Shown here in pieces: positions 49,857-62,526 of a DNA stretch of 64,000 bases. The translations under genes and the position numbers were made by a program. The DNA is taken from contig OZ286460.1 in NCBI GenBank assembly GCA_965644265.1, forward strand, positions 52,762,001-52,826,000. Reading direction: 5' to 3'. Under the pieces are notes generated by a model. That model was not told the DNA's origin. It did no database searches and saw only the letters and a list, made by a program, of their open reading frames with translations. This DNA comes from Glycera tridactyla. Its lineage: Eukaryota. Position 1 is the first letter of the stretch, and every line of letters starts with the position of its first letter.

Positions 49857-52800
49857 AAATTCTCATGTGAGCACCCATTACAATGAATGGCTACTTCCCA
49901 ATCATTATTGGTCTCATTATCATTCTAATGAGAAATTCTAATCTCTAAAAGTTCTCATCTACCCCAATATGTATTCTGAATCAGCAATATTACTGTCCAT
50001 AACCGCTCAGTGCTGGTAACTTGTTACTTCCCCAATTTTCCCCCTTTCTTTTGGTAACTGCTGTTGAATGACTAATGAATGAATCCCGAAACACAGGCTT
50101 AATTTAAAAAAAAACGATTTAGAATTGAGCAGAAATTCAGTTGAGCTGATGAACATAGTCATACTCATGCAGTGATTTCCAAATCCTTGAGATTGAAACG
50201 TTAAACGATCTGACTGGTTTGATGAGATAGCCAGAGTCGGGGTAACTATGAGTATTTTAATATCGTCATTAATATGATAATTTCGAGCAGATGTTGTGAC
50301 ATTCATCTGATCCCACCCACCCGGCAACAATGAACCAGATCACTAGGTCAATACTCTCATTTTTAATGATCTTCAAACCACTGGAGCATCAACATTTTTC
50401 TCATTTCCAGACAGTTATAGTGAATTCACAGTGTGCTCCTAACAACGTTCTCCTGGTGAAAGGATCAGGGATGACTATGTCAACATTAACATTACTATCT
50501 ATCTCGATAAAATCCATTCCAACCAAATTCTCAACAACCTCTTTCATGACTTTGACAAAATATGATGTGTAATACACCGATAAATAAGATGACAGCAACT
50601 GAGAACACCTATATCCAAATTTAGATCTCCAACCGATACAGCATCTCATCACTGCGTCATAGATGAGCCCAAAGCAGATCAGGTCCCACAATCAGGCAGA
50701 CTAGGATGTTGTTATAGGCATGAATATGTTCAATTTCATCATGGATGCATGCACAAAACAATTCATCATGAAACAATGGCATCTGCTCATGATGATCTCA
50801 TCCTTATAATTATGGGATATATGGGTGCCTGTACCCCCCCCCCCCCCCCCCCTCCCCCATCCAGTGATGATGGGGATGATGAGCAAGTAGGAGCAATGGG
50901 GCTGTGTATGAATGCTGCTTATGTCACAAGAGGACACTACCCCCATCCCTCTACCCTACCAAACATGGAATATCAGTACAGTGTCCCATGGGTATAGAGA
51001 CAGGATTTGTCATTTTCTCATTCAATGATATTTCAGTTTGACTGAAAAAACAGCTAATATCGTTCACATTATTCCCATAATCTGCACCACAATATCACCC
51101 CAAAATTCCAACCTCACAATCATGTAGCCACATTGGAAACCTTCAGTCTATTCGCTTGCAGGAACTCTCAATTTCGAATGGCATTTGAATAATCAAAATT
51201 GCATGAAATATACAGAGAATGTTGATAAAGTGTCTACACTTTCTCTGATTTCACTGAGAGTAGTGTGAACTTGTATGACCCAAAAAAAAATCTTTTTCTT
51301 CAGAACAACGATTGCTTGACTAGATGTGGATTCAGGATGGAACACCAAGCACCGACTGGTGTGGTTGGGTGAAATTCTCGAAAATAGGCATCAAACTTTG
51401 ACATGACTATACAATCCTGGTTTATGAGTCATCCCAAAAGGATCAAATGCAAGTCAAGATCGGTCAACAAGGTGACGTCCGGTTGCAAGTCTCGACTGCT
51501 TATTTAGGTGGAGCCGAGTCAAAAGGAAGATCGGAGGAACGGGTAAGCGAGCAACTGAGACGTAATGAAATCAATGCCAATTGAGCAGGCGAATTCTATC
51601 ACACACTTCCACACTCACACCTCATTGGTCCACTCCTTGTCAATTGTTGTCAATGGCAATTTCCTGTGCAATTCTCCTGACCATGCGGTACATTACAGCC
51701 AATGATTCTTTCTCCAAGTCAATACTTGCCCATGTGATCATTAACTGCAAGTGCTGCATTTGAACGGTTGGCAAAATGCTTCAAGTGAAGAAGTAACTTA
51801 CTCATTTTGTAGTAAACCAATTAGTGATCACAGTTGAACCTTTCTTTGATGATAATAAGGAAAATTATTCTATTCTGAGCAAATAATCACAACGTATCAT
51901 GTGAAATATTGCAAATGAAATGGCACAGTACATAGCTTTCAGAATTTCATATGGTAGTTTTCCAAACCACATTTATGTGAGCAATATTACCATTGTAAAA
52001 GGAACATTTACCTTTTGACAAATCTCAGCAATAGTAATCATCGTAGTGACAAGATTGAAATTCTCCGAAGGATTAGCTGGGCAGTAGACATTTTTTACCC
52101 GCTTGTTTATTGGTTGAGGCTCAGACATGATTCCAGATATTTTGCAAGTGTTTTGTCAACAACACAGGGCTCATCACAGCAAGCAAACATCACCTAATCA
52201 GTCAGCACAGGACAAATCTCTTCTATTCTCATCTGTGTTTGCTGATAACTCTCATTTGTGGCACAAATTAATCAGAGATATTACACACTTAATGACACCT
52301 GCTCTCCACTGCATGGCCAGAAGTTATGGCAAAGTGAAGAGAAAATAACAATGATGTCAAATAAAAATTGGAGCAAATAAAAGCTGGAACATCTCATGCA
52401 TTTTGAACTTTTGTACTTTCATTCTATAAATTCTAGTCACTGGTCAATTGATGGATAAGACAACTAATGTCAGTTCAGTTTAAGAAGATCGCCATGTCTG
52501 ATGGATTCAAATGTACAGACAATACAAATGGTGAATGTTTATGTAGACCATGAAAATCCTGGTTTTGGTGGAAGTTGAGTTGGGTATTATGGAAAAATCA
52601 GCTGAGAAGTCATCAAGTCAGTTTGAATAGCATCAAGTGAGGGCTTGATAACATTTCCAGGGTTTCTATCGCAGCTGTCAAACTGCTCCGATCTAGAGTA
52701 GATAGTGCAAAGGAAATGCATATGATGCAATTAAGTCAGTCTTTGAAGTGCGCCAACATGCAGACATTACCCGAGCCACGGCTCACTCTAAACACCACTC

Positions 52801-52976
52801 ATATACACCGCCAATACATAGCAGCATTTGTTCACCTCCTGAAAGTGATCCTACACTTGGCTGCCTCCTAGGATCTCGTCTCTTGTCATCCATTGTGTCA
52901 AGTTGAAGTGTAAGCCTCGGGCAATGTTCTAAGGTCATCTACATGACAACCCTCTACTACAGAACTATGCTATGTC

Positions 52977-52991
52977 TGACCTCCATGACCT
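52977..52991 (-). promoter_or_regulatory. Nuclear-receptor DR3 element
   Basis: Plus strand TGACCT cca TGACCT. An extra AGGTCA lies at 52932-52937. Confidence 0.45.
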
Positions 52992-55900
52992 ACTAAAGGG
53001 TACAACACAAAGTCTAACCCCAAACTTCACTAGTGATTCAAGCATGTTTTGGTTGAATGTCCATTTCGCTGCATTGACTACATGGAGATCATACACTTCC
53101 CTTATCCAGACAACAAGGATTATCAATTCAGGGAATCAAGAAAACCAGAGTTTTATACTGAAATCAATGGAGAGTGAGTTCACTTTGAAAAATTCCAACT
53201 TAAAAATAGCGGAAATGAAGGTCATCATCATTTACATTAGTTTGGAATGGGCTTGATGATTTTAGTTCATTCACAGATATAGCAATAAGGAAAATCCAGC
53301 ACACAAAAAATGGCACAAGTATGGATTTTGTGAGTAGGGCATTAAACTTGTGCATAAAATTCAGGATGACATGAGTAAATTCCATAAATTTTGTGCACGA
53401 TGAAGAGAAAACCTAAAAATTCAGAATTGATAGAAAATGCCACGTCTTCTCAGTGAGATAGGTGGTCTGCAAGTGGCAGATAAAATCCAGAGTGAAAGCA
53501 GGGTTCCCAGCTCGAAACCTACCCTCTGGCGATATTTTCCTTGCCATTATACAAAATCAGCTACTGGTAATCATCCTAGCTTCACTCCCATTTCACCATA
53601 ATCACCCTCAACTGCTTTAACCTCAAGTTCGATTTCTATATCTGTGTTCTTTGTTGAAAACATATGAAGCAGACATTGAAATTCTGCCCTAGGTTGAAAA
53701 ACACTGGTGTCAAGTAGATATGCTTCAATATCCTGAAATCACATACATTTGTCCAATAGTAAGCTTCCAAACTTTTGTATCAAATTCTTCCATTCAATAT
53801 CTATCTAAAACGGCATCAATGTAAAAACAGCTCAATTTTATCTTGTAATTATGAAGCCCATGATTCATTTCAAGCTATATCAGCAGGCAAATCAAAATCA
53901 GGGATATCATGTGATTTGATGTTGATCGGAATTGAAAGTTTTTCTGAAGTATGCAAAGCAACTGTTGACATGACCATTCATCATGATGCATCCATCGGAA
54001 TGTAGTTGTCTAGCCGTGTTTGGTCATAATTCTACAGGTGGGCTACAAGTCAATGAACCCCCGAGCTAGCAAGTCTGTGCCATGTGTGGGCCTGTCATAT
54101 CAATTTGATCTAGACAGTTTCCAGCCCTAATCAATATGCTCATCGCAACTGTTGATAAACATGGTGCAAATTTATGGGATTTATATTACACATAAATTGT
54201 TTTCAGCGGTGGTGGGGTGGGGGTGGGTCCAGTGCTAGTATACGGTTGGGGGTTACTGGAGCACATCTAATGGTCATTAGGTCCCGGAGATGATGGCCGT
54301 GAATTCCACCCCCCACTCCAATGATGAGGATGATGATGGCCTTACCCTTGGGGGTATCAGGTGAAAAGGGGTACTCAGTGCCTGGTACTGATGACCAGTG
54401 AATGACCAGCCGAATGGCGGCCATATACCGGGCCGGCCCTTTCACTGACCACCACAAATGGGTCTGGAGCAAGTCAAATGCTCCGCCCCATCATTGATTG
54501 GTAATCAGCTGTTTGAAATAGCTAATGAGCCAACCGTCCTGGAGGGCCAGACATGAGAAAGTACCCATATCATCAATGCAAATGTAGAAGCTAACCCTTT
54601 CTATTTTTCTCCCATACATGAGTGATATGTATTCATGAGCTGTTAGCAATGGAATGAATAATACATTTTACTGATTGAAATTGTATAGAAAATAGTGCAG
54701 TGCAGATACACCAGTANNNNNNNNNNNNNNNNNNNNNNNNNNNNNNNNNNNNNNNNNNNNNNNNNNNNNNNNNNNNNNNNNNNNNNNNNNNNNNNNNNNN
54801 NNNNNNNNNNNNNNNNNNNNNNNNNNNNNNNNNNNNNNNNNNNNNNNNNNNNNNNNNNNNNNNNNNNNNNNNNNNNNNNNNNNNNNNNNNNNNNNNNNNN
54901 NNNNNNNNNNNNNNNNNNNNTACACAAACTCTTTGGATTGTGGTTCAATCACACATTTGAATCAAAATTTCAACTCTTCACTTTACACTCCTATATATGT
55001 TTTATCGATTTCAATCACTGACAGATTCATTGACTGCATATGGAATACCCGCTTCATTCAAATCTGCCACAGGAATGAAAAATGCAAAATTTATTCAGCG
55101 GCGGGCTAAACTGGTATTTATCATAATAAATGTGGTGATTAAGTCAACAACTGTCTGGTTTAGAATACATCAGCAATATTAATCGCAGCCTAAATTGCAA
55201 TATCATTCAAATTCAATCTGCAACACTCAGGTATGCTGTTGAGGATACAGAATGATGCTGAGCTTATATACTTGCCACCACTAGCCCTCATGCACAAACT
55301 TTGTCTGACCTGATTTTGCTCATCTATCACCATGATCTTTTTTCATGGTGATGCAAGAAATAGGTCATTGTGAAAAAACATGACTTTTTTTCAATAACTT
55401 AGCACAAAATACATCTCTATGAAATACAGAAGGGACAGTGATAGAAATCAACCTGGAGAAACAACTTATTGCAGGTTCAATTATTTATGCTTGCTCACAT
55501 GAGAGCAAACATTCTATGAGATAATATTCCATATATCACATATATTTGAAATATTGCATCAGGTGTATTGAAAATTAGAGATGTATGTGAAAATTTGGGT
55601 GTATGCATTTATCACAATTTTGAATGTTGTATGTTGATTATTGTATACATGAAGGGCTGGGCTCAAGAACTGTTTACAGGTGTTGGAATTTTCTAGCATG
55701 AAAACAAATAATGAACACTAGGAAATTCCAAAATTCCCCTACCACAGTTTTTCTCTTTCATGACAACTCCAATGGATTCCAATGAAGAATGAGGTTCTCC
55801 TACAGTGAACTGAGAACAGAATGTGTCATCTCGGGTTCCAGTCTGAATTTTGGCCATCATTATTCACAGGGATTGGGCATCAGCATCTGCAGGCGGCAAG

Positions 55901-58900
55901 AGATCACAGGGGTCATCGTCATGGTGATGATGTTCAAGATTAGCAGCAGAATGACAGGAGGCAATGGCGGAATCCGAGCTGCCGGGGTGTCAAAGATGAC
56001 TGGGTGGCAGGGCACAAAGGTGTTCTAGCGTGCTACATGGGGTGTGAAGTGGCTAGATGGCCACGAGATGTGACGAAGAAGCGAGTTCAGAGACTGAAGT
56101 CGTTTCACAGTCATTTTGCTGAGGTGAACACAAGCTTATCAGATGACCTCTCCGACACGTCTTCCATGCGCATGCAGCTGCTCCTACCACATAAACAAAT
56201 GTCTGACAGGACTGAGAGAAATACACAAAACTTGATGTATCTGCATTGAAATCCACCATTGCTTTTAGAAGATATTGAGCAGAGATGGAAACGAGTAGGA
56301 ATGCATGAGTAAACAATTGCCCTAGTATTCAGATGAAACAGAAATTACTATACTCCAAGTGTCAACCCTACATCATGGAACAGGCTATTCTCTCAAAGGA
56401 ATGGAACCGAAAATCATGAGTCTTAACAAGTCTCAACCTAGTGGAAAACCATACACGGTATACAAGAATATGGGCTGTATTTCAGTCTGGAAAATGTATT
56501 AAATCCTCTTGAAACATGTACACTGAATCTCAGAACCATCATCGATCATCAATTCATGTTACATGTCGTATTCTTACTTCAATATAATGTCACAAAGTGT
56601 TTTTGATAGCATATAATATAATAAGTTGAGATATCTTGGTGAGACAGTTGATGAGAAATGAAAGATGATACAGATTTCTAAGATGAGCATTCATCATTTT
56701 AGTATCTTAGCCATCGCAGGATGACAAAAAAGAATGTGTTGAATAGTAATTTATTTCGTAATGTGTTCACTGCTTTTCCTTCACATCAAATACCCAAAAA
56801 GTATGTGACTCGTTTAGACCAATTTGGCAGGTTAGTTACTCATTACATTATTTTGTATGATTGCGAGCAGAAAAAAAAACATGAAATGTCATCAATGGCT
56901 ATCTAAACTCACTAGAATTTCTATTGAAATGATCAACACAAATGGGTAATACTCTCCAAGGAGACCCATAAGGGTGATATTTTTTTTCTCTATTGAGATG
57001 AAAGAGAGAAAGAGAGGGGATAGCTATGCCTGAAATGCGGATAGGGGGTGTGTGTATGTATGATTTCACTCTCTATTTACATGTATCTAATTTAGAGCAC
57101 TGCAGGAGGCAACATGAATTCACAATGAGGCCAGCATCAAACGCTGACTCCAACACCAATTGCCTCCTTGTCCTCAAAAGATGCAATTTGAATTTAACTG
57201 ATGGCCCAACAAAAAGTAGAGAATAGCGCCATTTATGCATGGCCGATTTGCTGCTTTGTGTTGGAGTGGCAGTGATCATGGTGGGGGCGCTAGCGAGAGT
57301 GGCACACGGTGGCGCTGGAGTGTCGGCGCCGAGCAGGCAAATGGTGGCGAGTGTTAGTGTTGCTGGATAATACCTGCAATCACTGCTTTCCTTTGATATC
57401 TTTGTTGACGGAACAACGCCATGAAGTTAAACATTATGGTTGACTACAGGTGGAGTTGTTGGTGGTCTGTCCACTCACCCACGCCACCGCCACCTGTCCA
57501 CCCTCCAACAACAACTGATACTCTAACCATTGTAACCAAGTCAATTCTTTGTTGCAGTAAAATCCAACTGTCTCTCTTCACAAGAAGCTGAACTCATTAT
57601 TCATTGGCAACTGAATCAATCAATCATAGCGTCGCATTCAAGCTGATACAAGTATAAGGCGACAACGACTACATCAAATTCTACTGACTCGAACTGAAAC
57701 TTCCTCATAACTTCGAGCAGACCAATGAAGTGATTTCGAAGGTGCATACTTCATCAGTTCTTACAAAGTCCATCCCATTCAATGAATTCAACCACAAATA
57801 TTATGCAAGAGCCAGGGGGAGATATGGAAAGTAAAAGCAATTGTTATCCAACTGTTTGGATGATTGAGTCTGTCAACACAGGAACTGGCTGTGTGCCAGT
57901 CAAGGCTGGATACCAGTCGATTGGTGTCTTCACTCTTTTGGAGGATAAGCCTACTTGAGTACCGTTTTTGTGGCTTTCAGAACACACAACGGCAGGTGAA
58001 AGCCAGGTGAAAGTCAATGACTGTTTTCCAGTGGCTGTCCATTGCTGACCACATACAGAAAGCAGTGGACACCTCTGTGCAGGTAGAGCAACTATTACGT
58101 CACTCACCTGGCAGGACCAGCCTACTCGACTGGTTACCTCTGGCTCAGGTGCCCAAACAATCTGCTCAGTTAACAGCTTGCCCCAACATCAATGAGTTCC
58201 ATTGTGGAGCGGCACCTGTTCAAAATACTCCTTCAAACAGGATGACTGCACCCACCTGGGTAATGTACAGACATATGGGGAAGACACCAATCTGCATGGG
58301 GCCTATTGACTCATATCACCACCTAGGGGAATCAATTAGGGAAAAGTGAACAAGGATGTCACCAGCAGACACCTACATCCATTATAAGCATAATGATTAA
58401 TTATAACCAGAAATTATTTCCCAAATGATAAGAAAACAATGTGATTGGATATGTCAGTTAAACATCTCCATTATAGGTATCCATCACTGAAAGTCCTGCT
58501 AATTACCAATGAATCATGTGATGTAATCACAAATAACATGGTAATGCGAAATAGTGTATAATTCCAAGTTTTCTCCAGAGGTAAGGGTACTTCTATACCT
58601 GAAAACAGGTAGTGGATACAAATATATTTTTCACTATTTGATTTGTGTTGATAGAGGAGTTCAAATGATTATAATGCATGATGCAGCCAAGAATGTGTGA
58701 GGGACAAAACAAGGAAATGCCAAACCATGATTTTTTATGAGATTCGAACCAAAGTGGTAACTAATGAGTGATAAATATGACATTCTCCATCCATCATTCA
58801 TGATCAATCAGGCCTCAGTCCTGGTAAAGAGAGGTGTTTACATACAACCATTGTGATATTAATCATGTACACCCTGTAAACACACATACACAGCATGGCA

Positions 58901-61900
58901 AATGGGCAGGAGTCAAGGGTAATTAGAAAGACAGGAGAAGGCCTGGGGCCCACATAGAGAGGCAGTGGGGTGCTTGAAGGCAGGGGGCTGCAGCACCCCC
59001 ACAGGGTTGCATAAGTATCCCGCACTTCTCAGTCTGGCAAGGGGCATTCATTTGTAACTGAAGACCTACTCTAGACCTGACAGCAGTTAGAAACCTGGCC
59101 TGAAAACTGGCACAGCTGTTCGCAACCTTCATCCTACAAACCACAAGTCCCGCAAAAATGATAACCCACTGAAAGATGCCTGAGACTTCTGTGTGTGCGG
59201 ATGAACTTCATCCCCTCCCCCTCCACACACACAATATGAACATTTTAACCCTACCCCCTCTTTTGGATTATTCACCCACAGGTTCTAGCAGGAGCACAAA
59301 GTAGGTCTACACCCTCTGTGATGTTCACAATATTGTACCAGATAATGAACAATTAGTCCAATGCATTCATAGTTCGGAAAAATTCCATGTCCTGAGAGAC
59401 ACAGTGAACTTTGTATTTGATGAGTCCTACTTCAGCAAATCTCAATAATCCATCACAATCATACTATAGAAAGTTGTGAAACTCCATGAGAAACCCATGA
59501 CATAAGACATGTTAAATGAGCTGATTTCTATTCAAAGAGGGCAGGTGGATTTTACTCAGACCAATTTCCACAGGAGGGCAAAGTTGATGCTGTTCAAAAT
59601 TGGCGCCATATGTTGACAGCTGCATGGCGAATATACATGTGACTTTCAAACAAAGTGTTAATTGCATAATGGCAGGCTATTCAATATTGAGGCATAGGAG
59701 AGCAGAATTACCCCACTGTTCTCGCAACCACCGACAGGTTGTGTGTGCACAAGAGACAAGCATGACCATCATTATGTCTACACTAAGACCCTTGTTGTCA
59801 TGGAATATTTCATCTGAATTTTCATGGACATAATAAACAAACACAGACCTGATCTTGAGTAGATACCTCCCATAGATTTATGATGTGTTAACAATGAATG
59901 AAGAAGGGCACTATTTGTATATAATTCCTGCACCAAGACCAATGTTCATCAGGGTTGGATGAAAGAATTGAGAAATATAGCAGGGGGGAAAGGAAGAGTT
60001 CACCTGCATGACGGGGTACAGACATAATACTCTCGGGTCAACTAGAATAATGATCATGATTCACCCGGGTTCACTATATAACAATCTAATGCAAATTATA
60101 GGGGCATGTTTGATTGACAACCAACCAATATCATCATCAGACCGACCTGTTGCAGAATGAAGCCTGGACAGGCTATCATCCATGTATACCTGGCAATTTA
60201 GATACATATAGCATGTCCACAAATATATGTATGAACTCCACCTGTATCAGATATCAACCCCTCCCACCTCCAAATATGAGAGATGACACCTTGAGTGAGG
60301 CGGAAGTATAAATTCTCATCTCATTCATTTCATGCAGCCATCTTGTGGAACTGACTTTCCACTTTGATTTAACTCTGGCACGAGAAGTGATGAGAGGAGA
60401 TGAGAAGACAAAATCATGCCCAATTCTCGCCTGAGGAACAATTTTGGCACTATCAAATGGTAATATCAAAATGGAAATATATAAGCAACATTTTCAGCTG
60501 TACATTTGTAAATGGTACCAGAATTTTTATCAGATGTTTCTCACAAATATACACAGGGACATTTCATTTGACAACCAGATATCAGATAATGCAATATATT
60601 CTTATATTTCTTGATATACTGATGGTAAATTGTGTGCACCTAATTTCTTGACCCTACCATGTTGCCCTTGCATGACAGAGAAGGGTTGTGTTACTGTGTC
60701 ATGAATCCAAAGTGCCCACTAAACAAGCACTTGGCCAATTTTCTCCCAGCAGTTTGAGGGTGGTTGGGACGGTAATTGTGGCAAAGTTTGCGTTGTCGTG
60801 AACGGAAGGCAGTCGGCTCGTTTGCTCGGAATGCCATTACCGCAGTCAGGTGTCAGTTGGTGTCTTAACATGCAATGTTGCCACAGCCCTGGTGAAGCAT
60901 TTGCCTGCAAGCCTAACAGACCCACTGCCAAACCAAACGCTAGCCCAACACCTTCCTCAGCACTTTTTCTACTGGTCCAACTTGTGGCATTCCATAGTTG
61001 GCTGCATTGGCTACTTTGTTACAATCTCAATATTTTCGACTGCCAGTTTGTCTCCTCTCTACCACAGGAGCCATTCACTGACGTCTAAATTCACCCCATA
61101 ATGGTGCAAATGTCCCAAGATCCTATGAGTCAAGTCAAAACTTAGCAAGCAAAAACTTGCACTCCAATTTAAATCTAGGGCTTGCTGAAACAGACAGATG
61201 CTTTCAGATGGAATCAAACTGAAAACACACAAGCGCAACCTTTGCATTCCAAGTGTTATATCACAGCTGAACTCCCTACCCAGAAGAAAAACATAGTCAC
61301 TCAGCAAATTATCAGCAAATATTGAATCCACGTCCAACAAAATGGAGGAAATTCAATTTTTTTCTAACAGTCTCAAAGATTCCAGAGATCTTCCTCTTGC
61401 TCCATAATACATTCTGAGTCGGTAAAAGAGGTGGCAGCGCTGATGTAGGGAAGATAGTTCCGGCCTTATTACATGAAATATCATTTGATAGAAATGCTAC
61501 ATGAAGCTGGATGGAAACAGGCATATGCTCCATCTACCTACTTCACTACAGAGATTCCTGAATGTTGTAGCGCTATCTAACCACATTTGTTAAGATATTC
61601 GACATGCTATTTAGCAAGAAGGATGCCAAACCAACATTCCATTCTAGGCAACAACAAAAAATATTGTCGCATATCTATAATTTTCCATGATTAAATTCGA
61701 ATCTTGCCACCCCAGCACATGAATTTTTGCTCCACATCCTACCATGTCGACCCGATGCTGGAGATCTTATCAATGATGCCTCATGAAATGTACCATTAAA
61801 TCTAACATTTAATTCAGCATGCATGAATGACTTGTGTATTATTCATCAACAGTGGTCTGTTATTAAAATGGTTGAAATCTGTAATTAATGCCATGTTTTA

Positions 61901-62158
61901 CACAAACGTGCACGAACATTACTGACACTTGTGTTCAATTAAAACGAGTCATTCAGGGAGGATCTGATAGTATTTTTTTGGAATACATTATGCCATACAT
62001 ATCTGAATGTGTATATGTGTGCATGTGTATATGCATGTGTGTGGCTGTGTGTATGTGTAAGTGTGTGCTTTTGACTGGGTGTGAATCAACGAGGGAGAGA
62101 GAGGGGGTGGAGAGAGGGGCAGGGTGTGTGGATGTTTGAGTTACTGGCCCACAACAAC

Positions 62159-62182
62159 GTGTGTGTGTGTGTGTGTGTGTGG

Positions 62183-62221
<39 letters not shown>

Positions 62222-62242
62222 GGTGGGTGTGTGTGTGTGTGT
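62159..62242. repeat. (GT)n/(GGGT)n microsatellite
   Basis: Directly visible. Confidence 0.95.
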
Positions 62243-62486
62243 ATTGCTTTCAGCTGCAAGTCTTTTATGTATTGCATGGGATCCATCGATCCATGATAAT
62301 CAATGCAGCACTGATTTAGATCACTCGACCAAAGCTACATCATAAAATATATTGACATTTATGTACACAAATCTAGGTCACACATCATACCAGCAGAATG
62401 CTGAACTCAGAATTATATCACCCCAGTCTTACACAATAGTATCTCCATCTCATATGAGATCACATTAGATTGATTGCAGAGATGAT

Positions 62487-62487
<1 letters not shown>

Positions 62488-62523
<36 letters not shown>
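62488..62523 (+). repeat. (GATT)9 microsatellite
   Basis: Directly visible. It contains overlapping TGATTGAT octamers. Confidence 0.95.

Positions 62524-62526
<3 letters not shown>

Larger units (their letters stand above)
434..54920. other. Eleven assembly N-gaps: 434-574, 681-867, 1019-1163, 2869-3077, 3751-3954, 5691-5840, 20020-20158, 30402-30572, 31820-31983, 38134-38373, 54717-54920
   Basis: Runs of N. Several abut microsatellites. They generate the X-containing ORFs. Confidence 0.98.

Noticed and set aside
58735-58760. GGTTCGAATC (tRNA/SINE B-box-like) on the minus strand
   Set aside because: No A-box, cloverleaf or SINE tail.
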